A stretch of 64,000 bases of DNA from NCBI GenBank assembly GCA_964187785.1, contig OZ076409.1, positions 93,684,001 through 93,748,000 of the forward strand, read 5' to 3'. The notes below the pieces were generated by a model. The model saw nothing but the letters and a program-made list of their open reading frames with translations. It was not told where the DNA came from and ran no database searches. The stretch comes from Amphiscolops sp. MND2022. Its lineage: Eukaryota. Shown here piece after piece: positions 11,267-21,115 of the stretch (its first letter is position 1; the number at the start of each line of letters is the position of its first letter). Position numbers and translations under genes: made by a program.

Positions 11267-14200
11267 TTGTTTATGGAATGCTCAGGTGAACCATCGATCG
11301 ACTGGCAGCGACGATGGCTCATACGACGCATCATCAAGTTCAACAAAAACACCCTGGACAAACTCCCCTACCCAGACTGGTACACCCAAAACCCCACCCA
11401 ATACAACACAACACGCAGACCATTACTTCCCAGCTCCACACCCGAAACTTACATCTACGACCCCGACTTCGAATGCGACCCCTACTACAACGACACTCTA
11501 TATGACTCAACAAACCTTGTCTTCAGACAGTCAATCAACGTACCATTTCATGAATTCATAGCCAAAACCAACATGGACATCTCGACAACTCCAAAAAGGA
11601 AAGACGACCTCAGTCATACTCCCGAACCACAGGCTGAAGAAGAACACGACACAGAAATCACCGTGATCGTAACACCTCCAACGACTTCCCTCAAGTCAAT
11701 CCTCAAACCCAACAATCAATCACCACTGGTTGACTTCCAGTCACCCACGAAACTCCCAGCCACCTCCAATGAAATCCGGGCAGCTATGACGTCGTCCCCC
11801 TCCAGTCCAGAGAGTCCTGAACATAAATACTCCACCCCTAAAACCCTGGTTGACGACACAAAAGCCGGGGACCAAACAACTGCAAGTCAACCCACAACAA
11901 AACCGAGAACTCGCCGCGTCAAACGAACTCTGACCTGCGAATTCAACCAGCAAACAGAAGCTAAAACAGCGACAAACAGCCCACTTATCACTACCCAAAC
12001 CTCAAGAGAAGAGCCAACCAATCTAGAACAAGATGAAGAATGGATTCAAACCAACAAACAATTGAATGAAATTGCAATTACAGACCCAGAAACAAGCGAA
12101 AAATGCATACCAATTTTTTCGGCCATCAATCTGAAAAAGAAAAGGAAAATGCTCTTCGCCCCGATGGATTTCAACAACATTTCAGTCGATGCGCTTGTTG
12201 ACTCCGGAGCACTCGTCAACTGCTTACCAGAAAGCGAATTTCAGAAAATCAAAGCAGTAAGCCCAGACAACATCCTCAAGGAAATGGATCCACCAACATT
12301 TAAATTGCAGGTCGCAAACGGCGAGATAGAAACCCCCAAGAAAACAGTTCAACTACAATTTGAACTAGGCGACTGGACGTTCAAAGAGACGTTCATCGTA
12401 GCCACAAAGATGACAGGACCCATCCTCGGACTAACGTTTCTCAAAAACAACAGCGCAATCCTCGACGTCAGTCAGGCCCTCTTACATTTCCCCCACCTGA
12501 CATACGCAATTTCTGCAGACGATAACGAGACAATCTCAAGACACCATAAAGTCACTACCAAAACCCAACTCACCATCATGCCCGACCAGTGTGTAACAAT
12601 CGAAGCCGGCATCAACCTACGTACCCTGACAAACACCACAGGAATCATCAACCCTAGTGAACCATACTCCGGAGAACACCAACTGGTAGTAGCCAGCTCT
12701 CTATCAACGGTTACAAACTCCAAAATCGAAATCAGGGTTACCAACACATCTCCAAACCCATTCACCCTCAAAAAGAACACAAATCTCGCAGAATTCACCA
12801 TTCTATCCCCCCAGGAAGCCAAGCAACTCCACCCACTCAACTCTGCAGCCCTAAAGGTATTAGCAGAAGACGATTCCGAACAGGCGCTAGAATATGTAAA
12901 CGAACTCCTCAAATCGTCTGAAAAGCCCCAGACGGTTCAAAATTTCTGGTTCCCCACACCGGACAACCCAGGAGACCCATCAACGCACACACCTATCCAG
13001 AGCAGGATACTGAGAGAGATAGAAGAACTGGAAAACATCCAGAAACTCAATCCTCATGACAGCCCTGAAGACAGAGCAACTTTCTTATCCAATTTCAAGT
13101 GGACGGATTCACAACTCAGTGATGAAGACAAAAAGGACATAGAAGCAATCCTTGTAGAATACAACGATATCTTCGCAAGGCACCGCCTTGATATCGGAAT
13201 CAACAACGAATTCAAAATAAAGCTCACCCCCAAATCCGAACAGCCAGCGTACACTCAAAGCCTACCCTGCCCAGTCAACCTGAAAGACGACTTGACAGTC
13301 GAATTGGCGTTAATGCACTACTACGGCATAATCACCACGCTCCCTTTCAGCAAGTACGCAAGCCCAATATTTGCCCAAAGAAAACCAAACGGACGCCTAC
13401 GATTGCTAGTTGACTTACGAAAGATCAACAACCTCATTTCCGACGATTATATAAACAATAATCACCCTGTGAGCACCCTCTCGGATGTAGCTCAGCATTT
13501 AGCCGGAAAGAAACTGTTTTGCAAGCTTGACTGTTCTCAAGCCTACCACGTCCTGCAAATGGCAGACCAAAAATCAGTGGAACTCCTGGCGTTCAACTTT
13601 GCCAGTCGGACATTCGCCTACCTGCGACTCGCACAAGGGCTCAGCAGATCTCTCTCCTCCTTCTCGAGCTTTGTGCGGGAGTATCTTGACCGAGTCATCA
13701 AAGCCGACAAGTGCGCCCAGTACGTCGACGACATCGGGATAGCTACCCATACTGCCGAGGAGCTGAAGAACAACCTGCGTGAGGTCTTTCAGTGCATAAG
13801 AGAAGCAGGTCTGCGTCTGACAATGGCTAAATGCCAGTTCGGTGCCAAGGAAGTCGAATTCCTTGGACGAACAGTCTCACCCGAAGGCATCGCCCCACAG
13901 AGTCACAAGATCAAGAACTACCTCCAAAAACTGTCGTTCCCAAAAACCAAAAAGGGCCTCCAGAGGTATATTGGTTTCGTTAATTATTATCGGAACTACA
14001 TACCTCGCCTCTCCGAAAAGATAGCACCCTTCCACGAATTAGTCAAGGCAGACAAACCAATCAAGATCACAAACGAGATCATCGGGACATTCGACAACAT
14101 CAACAAGGGACTTGACAACGCTTGTGGGCTATGGCTGAAACAACCACTACCCAACAAACAGTACGTCCTCATGACAGACGCGAACTTCAAAAATGCAGGC

Positions 14201-14446
14201 TACGCCCTCATGATTGAAGAAAACGCTGATGAAAAACTGACCTCAGTTAAAAAGACTTACGCCCCGGTAGCCTTTGGTTCCAAGACATTCTCTCCGTCCC
14301 AAATCAAAATGTCAATATATGCCAAAGAATTCTTGGCTATATATTTCGCCTTCATGGAATACAGCCACATATTGTGGGGATCGACCAAACCGGTCATCGT
14401 CCTAACAGACAACAAGTCCGTCAGACGGTTTTTCAAACCAAAATAA
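11267..14446 (+). CDS. pol: Pol, N-terminal part (S/T/P-rich spacer, aspartic protease, dUTPase-like spacer, reverse transcriptase, RNase H); frame actually open from 11180
   Basis: ALVDSGA protease motif; RT motifs RLLVDLRKIN, KLDCSQAYH, YVDD; RNase H motifs MTDAN, AKEFLAI, LTDNKS. Confidence 0.95.
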   Translation: MFMECSGEPSIDWQRRWLIRRIIKFNKNTLDKLPYPDWYTQNPTQYNTTRRPLLPSSTPETYIYDPDFECDPYYNDTLYDSTNLVFRQSINVPFHEFIAKTNMDISTTPKRKDDLSHTPEPQAEEEHDTEITVIVTPPTTSLKSILKPNNQSPLVDFQSPTKLPATSNEIRAAMTSSPSSPESPEHKYSTPKTLVDDTKAGDQTTASQPTTKPRTRRVKRTLTCEFNQQTEAKTATNSPLITTQTSREEPTNLEQDEEWIQTNKQLNEIAITDPETSEKCIPIFSAINLKKKRKMLFAPMDFNNISVDALVDSGALVNCLPESEFQKIKAVSPDNILKEMDPPTFKLQVANGEIETPKKTVQLQFELGDWTFKETFIVATKMTGPILGLTFLKNNSAILDVSQALLHFPHLTYAISADDNETISRHHKVTTKTQLTIMPDQCVTIEAGINLRTLTNTTGIINPSEPYSGEHQLVVASSLSTVTNSKIEIRVTNTSPNPFTLKKNTNLAEFTILSPQEAKQLHPLNSAALKVLAEDDSEQALEYVNELLKSSEKPQTVQNFWFPTPDNPGDPSTHTPIQSRILREIEELENIQKLNPHDSPEDRATFLSNFKWTDSQLSDEDKKDIEAILVEYNDIFARHRLDIGINNEFKIKLTPKSEQPAYTQSLPCPVNLKDDLTVELALMHYYGIITTLPFSKYASPIFAQRKPNGRLRLLVDLRKINNLISDDYINNNHPVSTLSDVAQHLAGKKLFCKLDCSQAYHVLQMADQKSVELLAFNFASRTFAYLRLAQGLSRSLSSFSSFVREYLDRVIKADKCAQYVDDIGIATHTAEELKNNLREVFQCIREAGLRLTMAKCQFGAKEVEFLGRTVSPEGIAPQSHKIKNYLQKLSFPKTKKGLQRYIGFVNYYRNYIPRLSEKIAPFHELVKADKPIKITNEIIGTFDNINKGLDNACGLWLKQPLPNKQYVLMTDANFKNAGYALMIEENADEKLTSVKKTYAPVAFGSKTFSPSQIKMSIYAKEFLAIYFAFMEYSHILWGSTKPVIVLTDNKSVRRFFKPK

Positions 14447-16548
14447 TACCACCAGCCTTGTGGAACGCCTGCGATTTCGTCCTACAATTCAACTTTACGA
14501 TCGCCCACGTCCCAGGGCGCATGAACACCGCAGCTGATTTTCTTTCCCGACTTGACCTAGACCCAAAGGAAAAAGTCCAACTCTTAATCCGAGACGACAT
14601 TCAAACAGCACCAATAGAGGTACACATTCAATCCTCCAACGTCGCAGAAGAGGAACAGTTCTACTTCCTCCCCGACGATGACATTGAAACCGAAGAACAT
14701 ATTCGGGAGAGGAAGCAAAGAGCCCGCAAGAAGATTCTAGGGAACGACACCCCACCAACGCCAGGAGAAGAAGCAAATAATGAAACAGTCCAAACAGAAG
14801 ACACCACAGTCATATTTCAAACGGAAATAACAAGACACAACAAAACCACCGAAGACCAAGAAAAGACCCTCCCAACTGACATGCGACACCAACAGGACCA
14901 AGACAGTGTCCTCAGAAACTACAAACTACGCCTCCTCAAAGAACCATATGATGAACACCTGATGGCCACAGACCACAGAGCACTCCGTTACACAGCGCAA
15001 GAATCGAGAATCATACTCAAGGACGGACTGCTATACCGGCAGTATTTCGGAGAAACCGGAACAGTCAAACACCTGCAGGTACTACTCCCGGAGCAACTGG
15101 TCGACTCCTTCATCGAGGCACACCATGGAATGCACAACAAACACCCGGGAATAACGAAAGTAATACAACAATGCAGAGAAAAGTATTACTACCCAAGTCT
15201 CGCAGCAAGAATAGCCAAACATATCAACCAATGCATGAAATGCATGCAAACAAAACGAACAGACAATCGCCTCCTAACCCCACCAATGATCGACACGTCC
15301 AAACTGGCAATGGGACCGGAAGATGCCCTACAAATGGACATTGTCCCCTTCGACGAGCCATCCAACGGATTCACAGCGATAGTCACCGCCATGGACGTCT
15401 TTTCCCGCTACCTATTTACCTATTGTGTCACCAAAATAGATGCCCGCGCGATCGCAAGAGTACTGGTAGACATAATGACAAGACATGCTTACCTGCCCAC
15501 AACGATCATAACTGACAAAGGAACACAATTCATGTCCGAAGTAGTGGCTGACACCACACGCGTTCTAGGCATCCAATTGAGACACGCGACTACAAAACAT
15601 GCCCAAACAATTGGTATCCTAGAACGCTGTCATGCATCCTTAAAAGAAGCCCTGAAAATATCAACAGGAGAAAGGAGAACAATGTGGCACCAGTTCGTAC
15701 CAACCGCCACACTAAACTACAACACAACCTACCACTCAGCACTAGGGTGCGAACCCAGTAGAGTATTCCACGGCAGAATACCATACAACGTGCTTGACTT
15801 AAAAATCGGTCTCAAACAGAGCCAAACCCAAAACCCAAAAACAGACATAGGCGAAGAAGTCGTCCAGAAGACCCGGATGATACACCAATCAGTAACCAAA
15901 CACCTCCTCCACTCCTACATACGGTACAAACAGTACTACGATAAAAAAGCTTCTGCCCACCCCCTAGCAGCAAACGACTACTGCTACGCCTTACACCCCC
16001 AGGCAAACAACCAGGGATCGAAACTACCTTTCCGCGAGTATTTATGGACAGGACCATTCGTAGTAGTTAAAACCCTTCCCAACAACAACTACCTAGTTCG
16101 TAAATTACAAACGAACAAGACCCAAATTCTACACAGGATACGACTGAAACCATGCCCCACGAAAAATCGCCTTCCCGATATACAAGTTCAAACCAAGGAC
16201 TTTCAACCAGACGATGAAGTTGAAATCCTACCTGATGACCTATACGCCCTAGCCTGGCAATCAGGGTTTGAACACTTCGTGATGACCCATAACCACGATT
16301 CCAACAACGAATCGGCAATCAACCCGACCGATAGTCATGACGTCTTAGAAAACATTGCCCAGGATGACACCCACGATATCCTAACGGAACCCCAACCCGA
16401 ACAACAGGAATCCCAACCAGAACCCAACCCAAACCCAGAGCCTAGTTCCCCCCGCAAAGGCAAATATAACCTTCGCAGCAACCCCCCTTCAAATTGGAAA
16501 AGAGACTATGCCTACTACAACCCAATGGTTGTTAGCTCGAACGAATAA
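14374..16548 (+). CDS. pol: Pol, C-terminal part (end of RNase H, integrase), offset from the N-terminal part by a 1-nt frame break at 14429-14433
   Basis: HVPGRMNTAADFLSR; HHCC zinc domain (HHGMHNKHPG...CMKC); D-D-E core (LQMDIV, IITDKGTQF, GILERCH); GPF motif WTGPFVV. Confidence 0.95.
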   Translation: MGIDQTGHRPNRQQVRQTVFQTKIIPPALWNACDFVLQFNFTIAHVPGRMNTAADFLSRLDLDPKEKVQLLIRDDIQTAPIEVHIQSSNVAEEEQFYFLPDDDIETEEHIRERKQRARKKILGNDTPPTPGEEANNETVQTEDTTVIFQTEITRHNKTTEDQEKTLPTDMRHQQDQDSVLRNYKLRLLKEPYDEHLMATDHRALRYTAQESRIILKDGLLYRQYFGETGTVKHLQVLLPEQLVDSFIEAHHGMHNKHPGITKVIQQCREKYYYPSLAARIAKHINQCMKCMQTKRTDNRLLTPPMIDTSKLAMGPEDALQMDIVPFDEPSNGFTAIVTAMDVFSRYLFTYCVTKIDARAIARVLVDIMTRHAYLPTTIITDKGTQFMSEVVADTTRVLGIQLRHATTKHAQTIGILERCHASLKEALKISTGERRTMWHQFVPTATLNYNTTYHSALGCEPSRVFHGRIPYNVLDLKIGLKQSQTQNPKTDIGEEVVQKTRMIHQSVTKHLLHSYIRYKQYYDKKASAHPLAANDYCYALHPQANNQGSKLPFREYLWTGPFVVVKTLPNNNYLVRKLQTNKTQILHRIRLKPCPTKNRLPDIQVQTKDFQPDDEVEILPDDLYALAWQSGFEHFVMTHNHDSNNESAINPTDSHDVLENIAQDDTHDILTEPQPEQQESQPEPNPNPEPSSPRKGKYNLRSNPPSNWKRDYAYYNPMVVSSNE

Positions 16549-16902
16549 ACTTTCAATATGAATTCATGAAATGGTACACCTACTACTCACTCAATTGACC
16601 TGAAACTGACTCACTTATCCCTACACCTCAACTGGAAAACTCAGGAAAAAAGGATTCGAGGAGCAAGAAATTCTATTTATGAAGTGCCCCATATGTTTTA
16701 AACGAATGAGTCAAGACCCTCAAATGAGTCATTTTTCTTTTCCACAACTCATCCTTGCTTTCATTGCTTTTTAAATCAATAATAGGATGCACCAACAACG
16801 GCATCCGAAGACACAAAGCTAACTTCAAGTAAATATGACAAATACCAGTACAAATTCAAATTACAAGAAATAAACAGTTTCTACGTCCAACAACAATAGC
16901 AG

Positions 16903-18414
16903 TCACCGTCGTTTACTACTCTTCTTCTTGTCCTTAGAGACGTTCGAAGAAGTCTGGCCCGAAGACGACATTTCCTTCCGCTCCTGACGTCTCTGCGGCA
17001 ACACCCGGGTGACATCACTTGATCGCACAGGACTACAAATCAATAACGACTTATCGACAGTCACAGCACTTGCAGAAGGTGGAGTTCCGTGAGGAGCATT
17101 CTTCACCTTGTCGGCATCGCGGGATACACTGGAACCAGCTTGAGGAACAGCAACAACAGCATCGGCAGAAGGCGAAACACTCGAACCACCAGTGCCTGCA
17201 ACCGATAACTTGGACAGCGTGCCCAAGCGATGACGCCAGTCGTCAACCTGCTCTAGAAAGTAGGAATCGAAGCGGTCACGTAAACCGCGATATAGCTCGC
17301 GATGACTGTGTAGATACACAGAAGTCCAAGGAGAAAAGGCAGCATTCTCAATGAAGGTTTTCCCTGCAGGAAGATTAGCCTTCAAGTCATCCAGGCAGTC
17401 CTTTGTCAATAATTCCCCAGAACTGAAACCAGAGAAAGAAACGTACGACTGTACAGACAGAATAGCCGAGGTGAGAATCTTCGACGGGACAGTAATACCA
17501 CTCAGAGAAATGTCCACATCCGGATATGTAGTTTCTCGGGGCACCACCAGAACTGACGACAACCGAACAACTCGCGACAAATGGTCCCGGCAATTGAAAG
17601 CGTCAGATTCCCGCATGAAACTAAACGCATCTGTAATGGTAGACACTACCTGACGATTTCGTCGACGCAACTCAACCAGGAAAGACTTGAATTCGTTACA
17701 AACCCCTTCAGCTTCGACGGTAGTCAGCCGCCCGCACTCCTGATAAACGGCAACAAGATCGCGGAACAATTCCACAGCATAAGACTCCTTACCAAGAAGG
17801 AGCATGTCGGGCGAGAAGCAGCTCAGACTGGAGGAAAGACGAGAACTCATAAAAGGGGACTCGTTGAGAACTCGCAGAAACGCCATCAACATAGATTGGC
17901 TCTCACGAAGGAAAGAACGACGCACCGCAACAGTACGGCCAGACAGCACCTTCATCATAATCGGCTCACCTACCAGGCACTCCACATATGGTATGTTCGA
18001 CCAAGTAGTCAATGGTTTGCCGACATACTCACTCCATGCATCAATCTCGGGCAATTCAGACAGTTTCTTCACTTTACTGAGGACACTCCAGTAAAAGAAG
18101 CAAAACTCAGAATAGTTCCTGCAACTGTAGTCCGTGACCTCGGACACGAATTGTTTCTCGAAATTGGCCGAGAAACACAGAACCAACACTTGCAGCACAC
18201 AAAGACGAGGCAGAATATAGTCATCAGCCAGAACCATCTGATTAAATCCTGAGGAATCTTGCTTCGTGAGGTCGGCACAACAACACCCTCGCCCAAGAAC
18301 AACTTCACATCCTCCCAATGACTGACGAGTTCTTCGAGAACAACACTGAGGGAAGCGAAAGGAATATCCCATTGTCGAATACATCGCCGCATCCTCGTGA
18401 GTCTCAGCATCCAA
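16903..18414 (-). CDS. Antisense ORF: C-terminal half of the hAT-like protein with a basic tail
   Basis: 503-codon ORF in the -1 frame relative to 18069-19580; LSCFSP, EFKSFL, HLSRVVRLSSVLVVP; ends KDKKKSSKRR (NLS-like). Confidence 0.8.
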   Translation of the reverse strand: MDAETHEDAAMYSTMGYSFRFPQCCSRRTRQSLGGCEVVLGRGCCCADLTKQDSSGFNQMVLADDYILPRLCVLQVLVLCFSANFEKQFVSEVTDYSCRNYSEFCFFYWSVLSKVKKLSELPEIDAWSEYVGKPLTTWSNIPYVECLVGEPIMMKVLSGRTVAVRRSFLRESQSMLMAFLRVLNESPFMSSRLSSSLSCFSPDMLLLGKESYAVELFRDLVAVYQECGRLTTVEAEGVCNEFKSFLVELRRRNRQVVSTITDAFSFMRESDAFNCRDHLSRVVRLSSVLVVPRETTYPDVDISLSGITVPSKILTSAILSVQSYVSFSGFSSGELLTKDCLDDLKANLPAGKTFIENAAFSPWTSVYLHSHRELYRGLRDRFDSYFLEQVDDWRHRLGTLSKLSVAGTGGSSVSPSADAVVAVPQAGSSVSRDADKVKNAPHGTPPSASAVTVDKSLLICSPVRSSDVTRVLPQRRQERKEMSSSGQTSSNVSKDKKKSSKRR

Positions 18415-20836
18415 GGTTGATCCAGAGCCCGACTTAGGCGCAGCAGGAGGTACTCTAACAGAGCGAAACAGTCCAAAGCACTGGAACCAAGCTTGCCCGC
18501 CTCCTGAACATGCTCTTTGAACACCTTGGGAGTATACTCAGCAACGAACATAGGCTTGGGACAACCCTGCGAGACACACCATTCTGTCGTCACGTTGAAG
18601 AGCGTAGACGGAAACCCTCGCAAACAGACGGGCGACTGCCCAGCGGGAAGGATAGCAAAGATCCGAGACAGACCAACAATCTCCGCATCACACAGGCCTG
18701 GCAGAACGGGTTCACACAACACACAAACTTCACGCAGAAGACCATCCGAGAAACAATGCACACAGAAACGTAAGCCGCCTTGAACCTCCTGCAAGCTCAC
18801 ACTGAAGAAGGCATCTTTCACCCACCCCTGCACTCGGCGCAAGATCCGGGGATACAGTGTCTGCCCAATGATGACCAGAGTCTCTGTCTTACTCCAAGTC
18901 GCCTGAGCACAACTTGACCCCACAGGCAGGGCAGCCTGGAATTGACTCCACAAACGCCTCAGGAAACGATGGGAGCCACCACTGCGCAACAATTCAAATA
19001 AGCCTCCGACAAGAGTCGACGACGGCACGTTAGAAACCACTCCCACCAGCGCATCAACTTCATCTTCCACAAACGGATTCTTCTTACCGAGGACCACAGC
19101 AGGGGTTTTCTCAATCTCAGCACGCAACTCTGGGGTAATGGCAGAAACGGGCACCTCATCAAAGCGAGTTGTATACAACACCTCCTCGTGATCCAGGCGA
19201 TAACGACGATCCTTCACAAAATGGCTCTTGCTAGTGAAGTGACGCCAAATTTCTGGTTCACCCCGAGTCAGGAAAGACACGTCCCTGCGGCACACAGCAC
19301 AATTGAATCCATTGGGATTACGATCAGATCGGCGACTCACAAACAACTGGGGCAAAGCATGACTAGCCATCTCTTTACGCAGCACATTATGTTCTAGTTG
19401 TCGCTGTTTTCTCCTCTCGTATTTCGCATACAGCCGACGCTTCGTCGCTTCCTCCGCACTAGTAGATGAATCGCCAGACTGCATGTGTATCCCTTTCGAC
19501 TTCAACAGACGGACAATTTCAGCGAGACCTAAACACACCGTCAAAACAATATACCCTGAGTACACAACTAGAAGGAACAACCAAACACAGAAACACAGAT
19601 CAGGCGATAGAAGAACTCACAGGAGAACACTCAAACCTACTCAAGATAAAAACGGAACTCACGTTTCAACAAACTGCGCTCATCGTCCCGGTGCTGACGA
19701 CGCTCAAGCCTAACAGCTGCTTGACCAAAAGCCAACACTTGTGACGCAGACAGACACACAGCCCCAGAAGAAACATCGGAGAGACCAGCTAAAAACATTA
19801 GCCAGGATGGAAAACCCGCCACAAATGCCGTGGAAACACACGTGGAATAAGACAATAAAGCTTCCAATGTTAGTGGCAATTACCTTTCGTCCATTCATTG
19901 TGCAGGACTGAGCGCTCCAGACCCACACTAGGTCGAGTATGTTGCGTACGCTCACGACGCTTACCAGAAGACTGCCCAGCACACGGAGGTACATCGCCAC
20001 TCACGTTGGCAGAAGTTCCACAAGCATCGGCGCCAGCGGCTGGACCAGACCCTTTCGGTGCACCCGCACCAGACAACAAAGGAGTACTACCTGAAAACAC
20101 ACCCAGTACTCAACACCAAAAGCCACTTCTCAACATGACCATGACAGAAGAGATACCTACTGGATTCGGGCACCTGCTGAAATAGTGAGTCCTCACTACT
20201 CTCGTCATCAGAGGATGCCACAATGGTAACCCGTGAACGTTTGGTAGGCGTATCCGGGAGGGCAGAATGAAGCCGCTTGCTTCGACGACCACAAGAACCA
20301 CCGACAACACTCCCAGGAACAAAATCAGCATCGAGAGGATCATCACTATCTCCTACACAAACCCGCAATCCATTAGAAGAATGACGCGTCTGATTACTAG
20401 CATGAAACTGTTAGCTGGCCACTAACAAATAGCTAAGAGACTTACCCTGTCGGTCACAAAGATAATCCAAGGAATGTCTGTTGTCACTCTCCGTAGAATG
20501 GTCCGACTTGTCACAATCTCCGCTTTCTACAAGGGCTTCCTCGTCACTCTCACTTTCGTCAATTTGGCCGAACCCAGCTTTCGGACGATCAGCAGACGCA
20601 GAAACTACAGCTGACGGAACTATTGCCTCGCATCCACCATCCCCTGACTCTTCTGCAATCTCCAAACAACCCTCGGCACTAGACTCGTCCGCACCCGTCA
20701 ACTGTTCCTCTCCAGGAGGTAAATCGCTTCCAGTGTTTACTTCCTCATTCTCCCGTGACTCAAACTCACTTTCTAACACCCCAATCTCTTGAGAGCGCAT
20801 AAATCGCGCAGCATCCTCATCGGTAGACTCAGCCAT
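16903..20836 (-). CDS. Antisense spliced accessory gene, ~1180-aa hAT-transposase-like protein lacking catalytic residues. Predicted exons 20836-20446, 20352-20161, 20090-19884, 19788-19663, 19528-16903, with a frame break near 18245
   Basis: Four GT-AG introns, all phase 1, join the minus-strand ORFs in frame; Kozak-like AAAATGG start; C-x2-C-x16-H-x5-H finger and colinear hAT-like motifs. Confidence 0.72.
18069..19580 (-). CDS. Antisense ORF: zinc finger and N-terminal half of the hAT-like core
   Basis: 503-codon ORF; CAVCRRDVSFLTRGEPEIWRHFTSKSH; SKTETLVIIGQTLYP...DAFFSVSLQE; VLEELVSHWEDVKLFL. Confidence 0.8.
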   Translation of the reverse strand: MFLLVVYSGYIVLTVCLGLAEIVRLLKSKGIHMQSGDSSTSAEEATKRRLYAKYERRKQRQLEHNVLRKEMASHALPQLFVSRRSDRNPNGFNCAVCRRDVSFLTRGEPEIWRHFTSKSHFVKDRRYRLDHEEVLYTTRFDEVPVSAITPELRAEIEKTPAVVLGKKNPFVEDEVDALVGVVSNVPSSTLVGGLFELLRSGGSHRFLRRLWSQFQAALPVGSSCAQATWSKTETLVIIGQTLYPRILRRVQGWVKDAFFSVSLQEVQGGLRFCVHCFSDGLLREVCVLCEPVLPGLCDAEIVGLSRIFAILPAGQSPVCLRGFPSTLFNVTTEWCVSQGCPKPMFVAEYTPKVFKEHVQEAGKLGSSALDCFALLEYLLLRLSRALDQPWMLRLTRMRRCIRQWDIPFASLSVVLEELVSHWEDVKLFLGEGVVVPTSRSKIPQDLIRWFWLMTIFCLVFVCCKCWFCVSRPISRNNSCPRSRTTVAGTILSFASFTGVSSVK

Positions 20837-21115
20837 TTTTCAACAAACAATCTGAAATAAATCAAAAACCTGATATCAAAAGTCGAAGACGTGGCGTAAA
20901 ACCAACGCTAATACTAATATTACAAACTACTATTATGACGTAATGGAAGTCATTCAGTCTGCCAGCTGAACGCTTTCCCAATCACGCAAGCGGCGTGAAC
21001 AACGAAGAAAGGAATACAATTATCACTCAATCACTCGACCATTCCTCAGAACAGCCGCTCAGCATCACTTGCAATTATTACTACTTATCGCCTGCAGCTT
21101 ATCTACTTATCTCAA

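Noticed and set aside
16700..21100. Antisense gene as an independent nested hAT transposon
   Set aside because: No TIRs or 8-bp TSD seen around it, and catalytic residues are lost while the frame stays open; not fully excluded without sister copies
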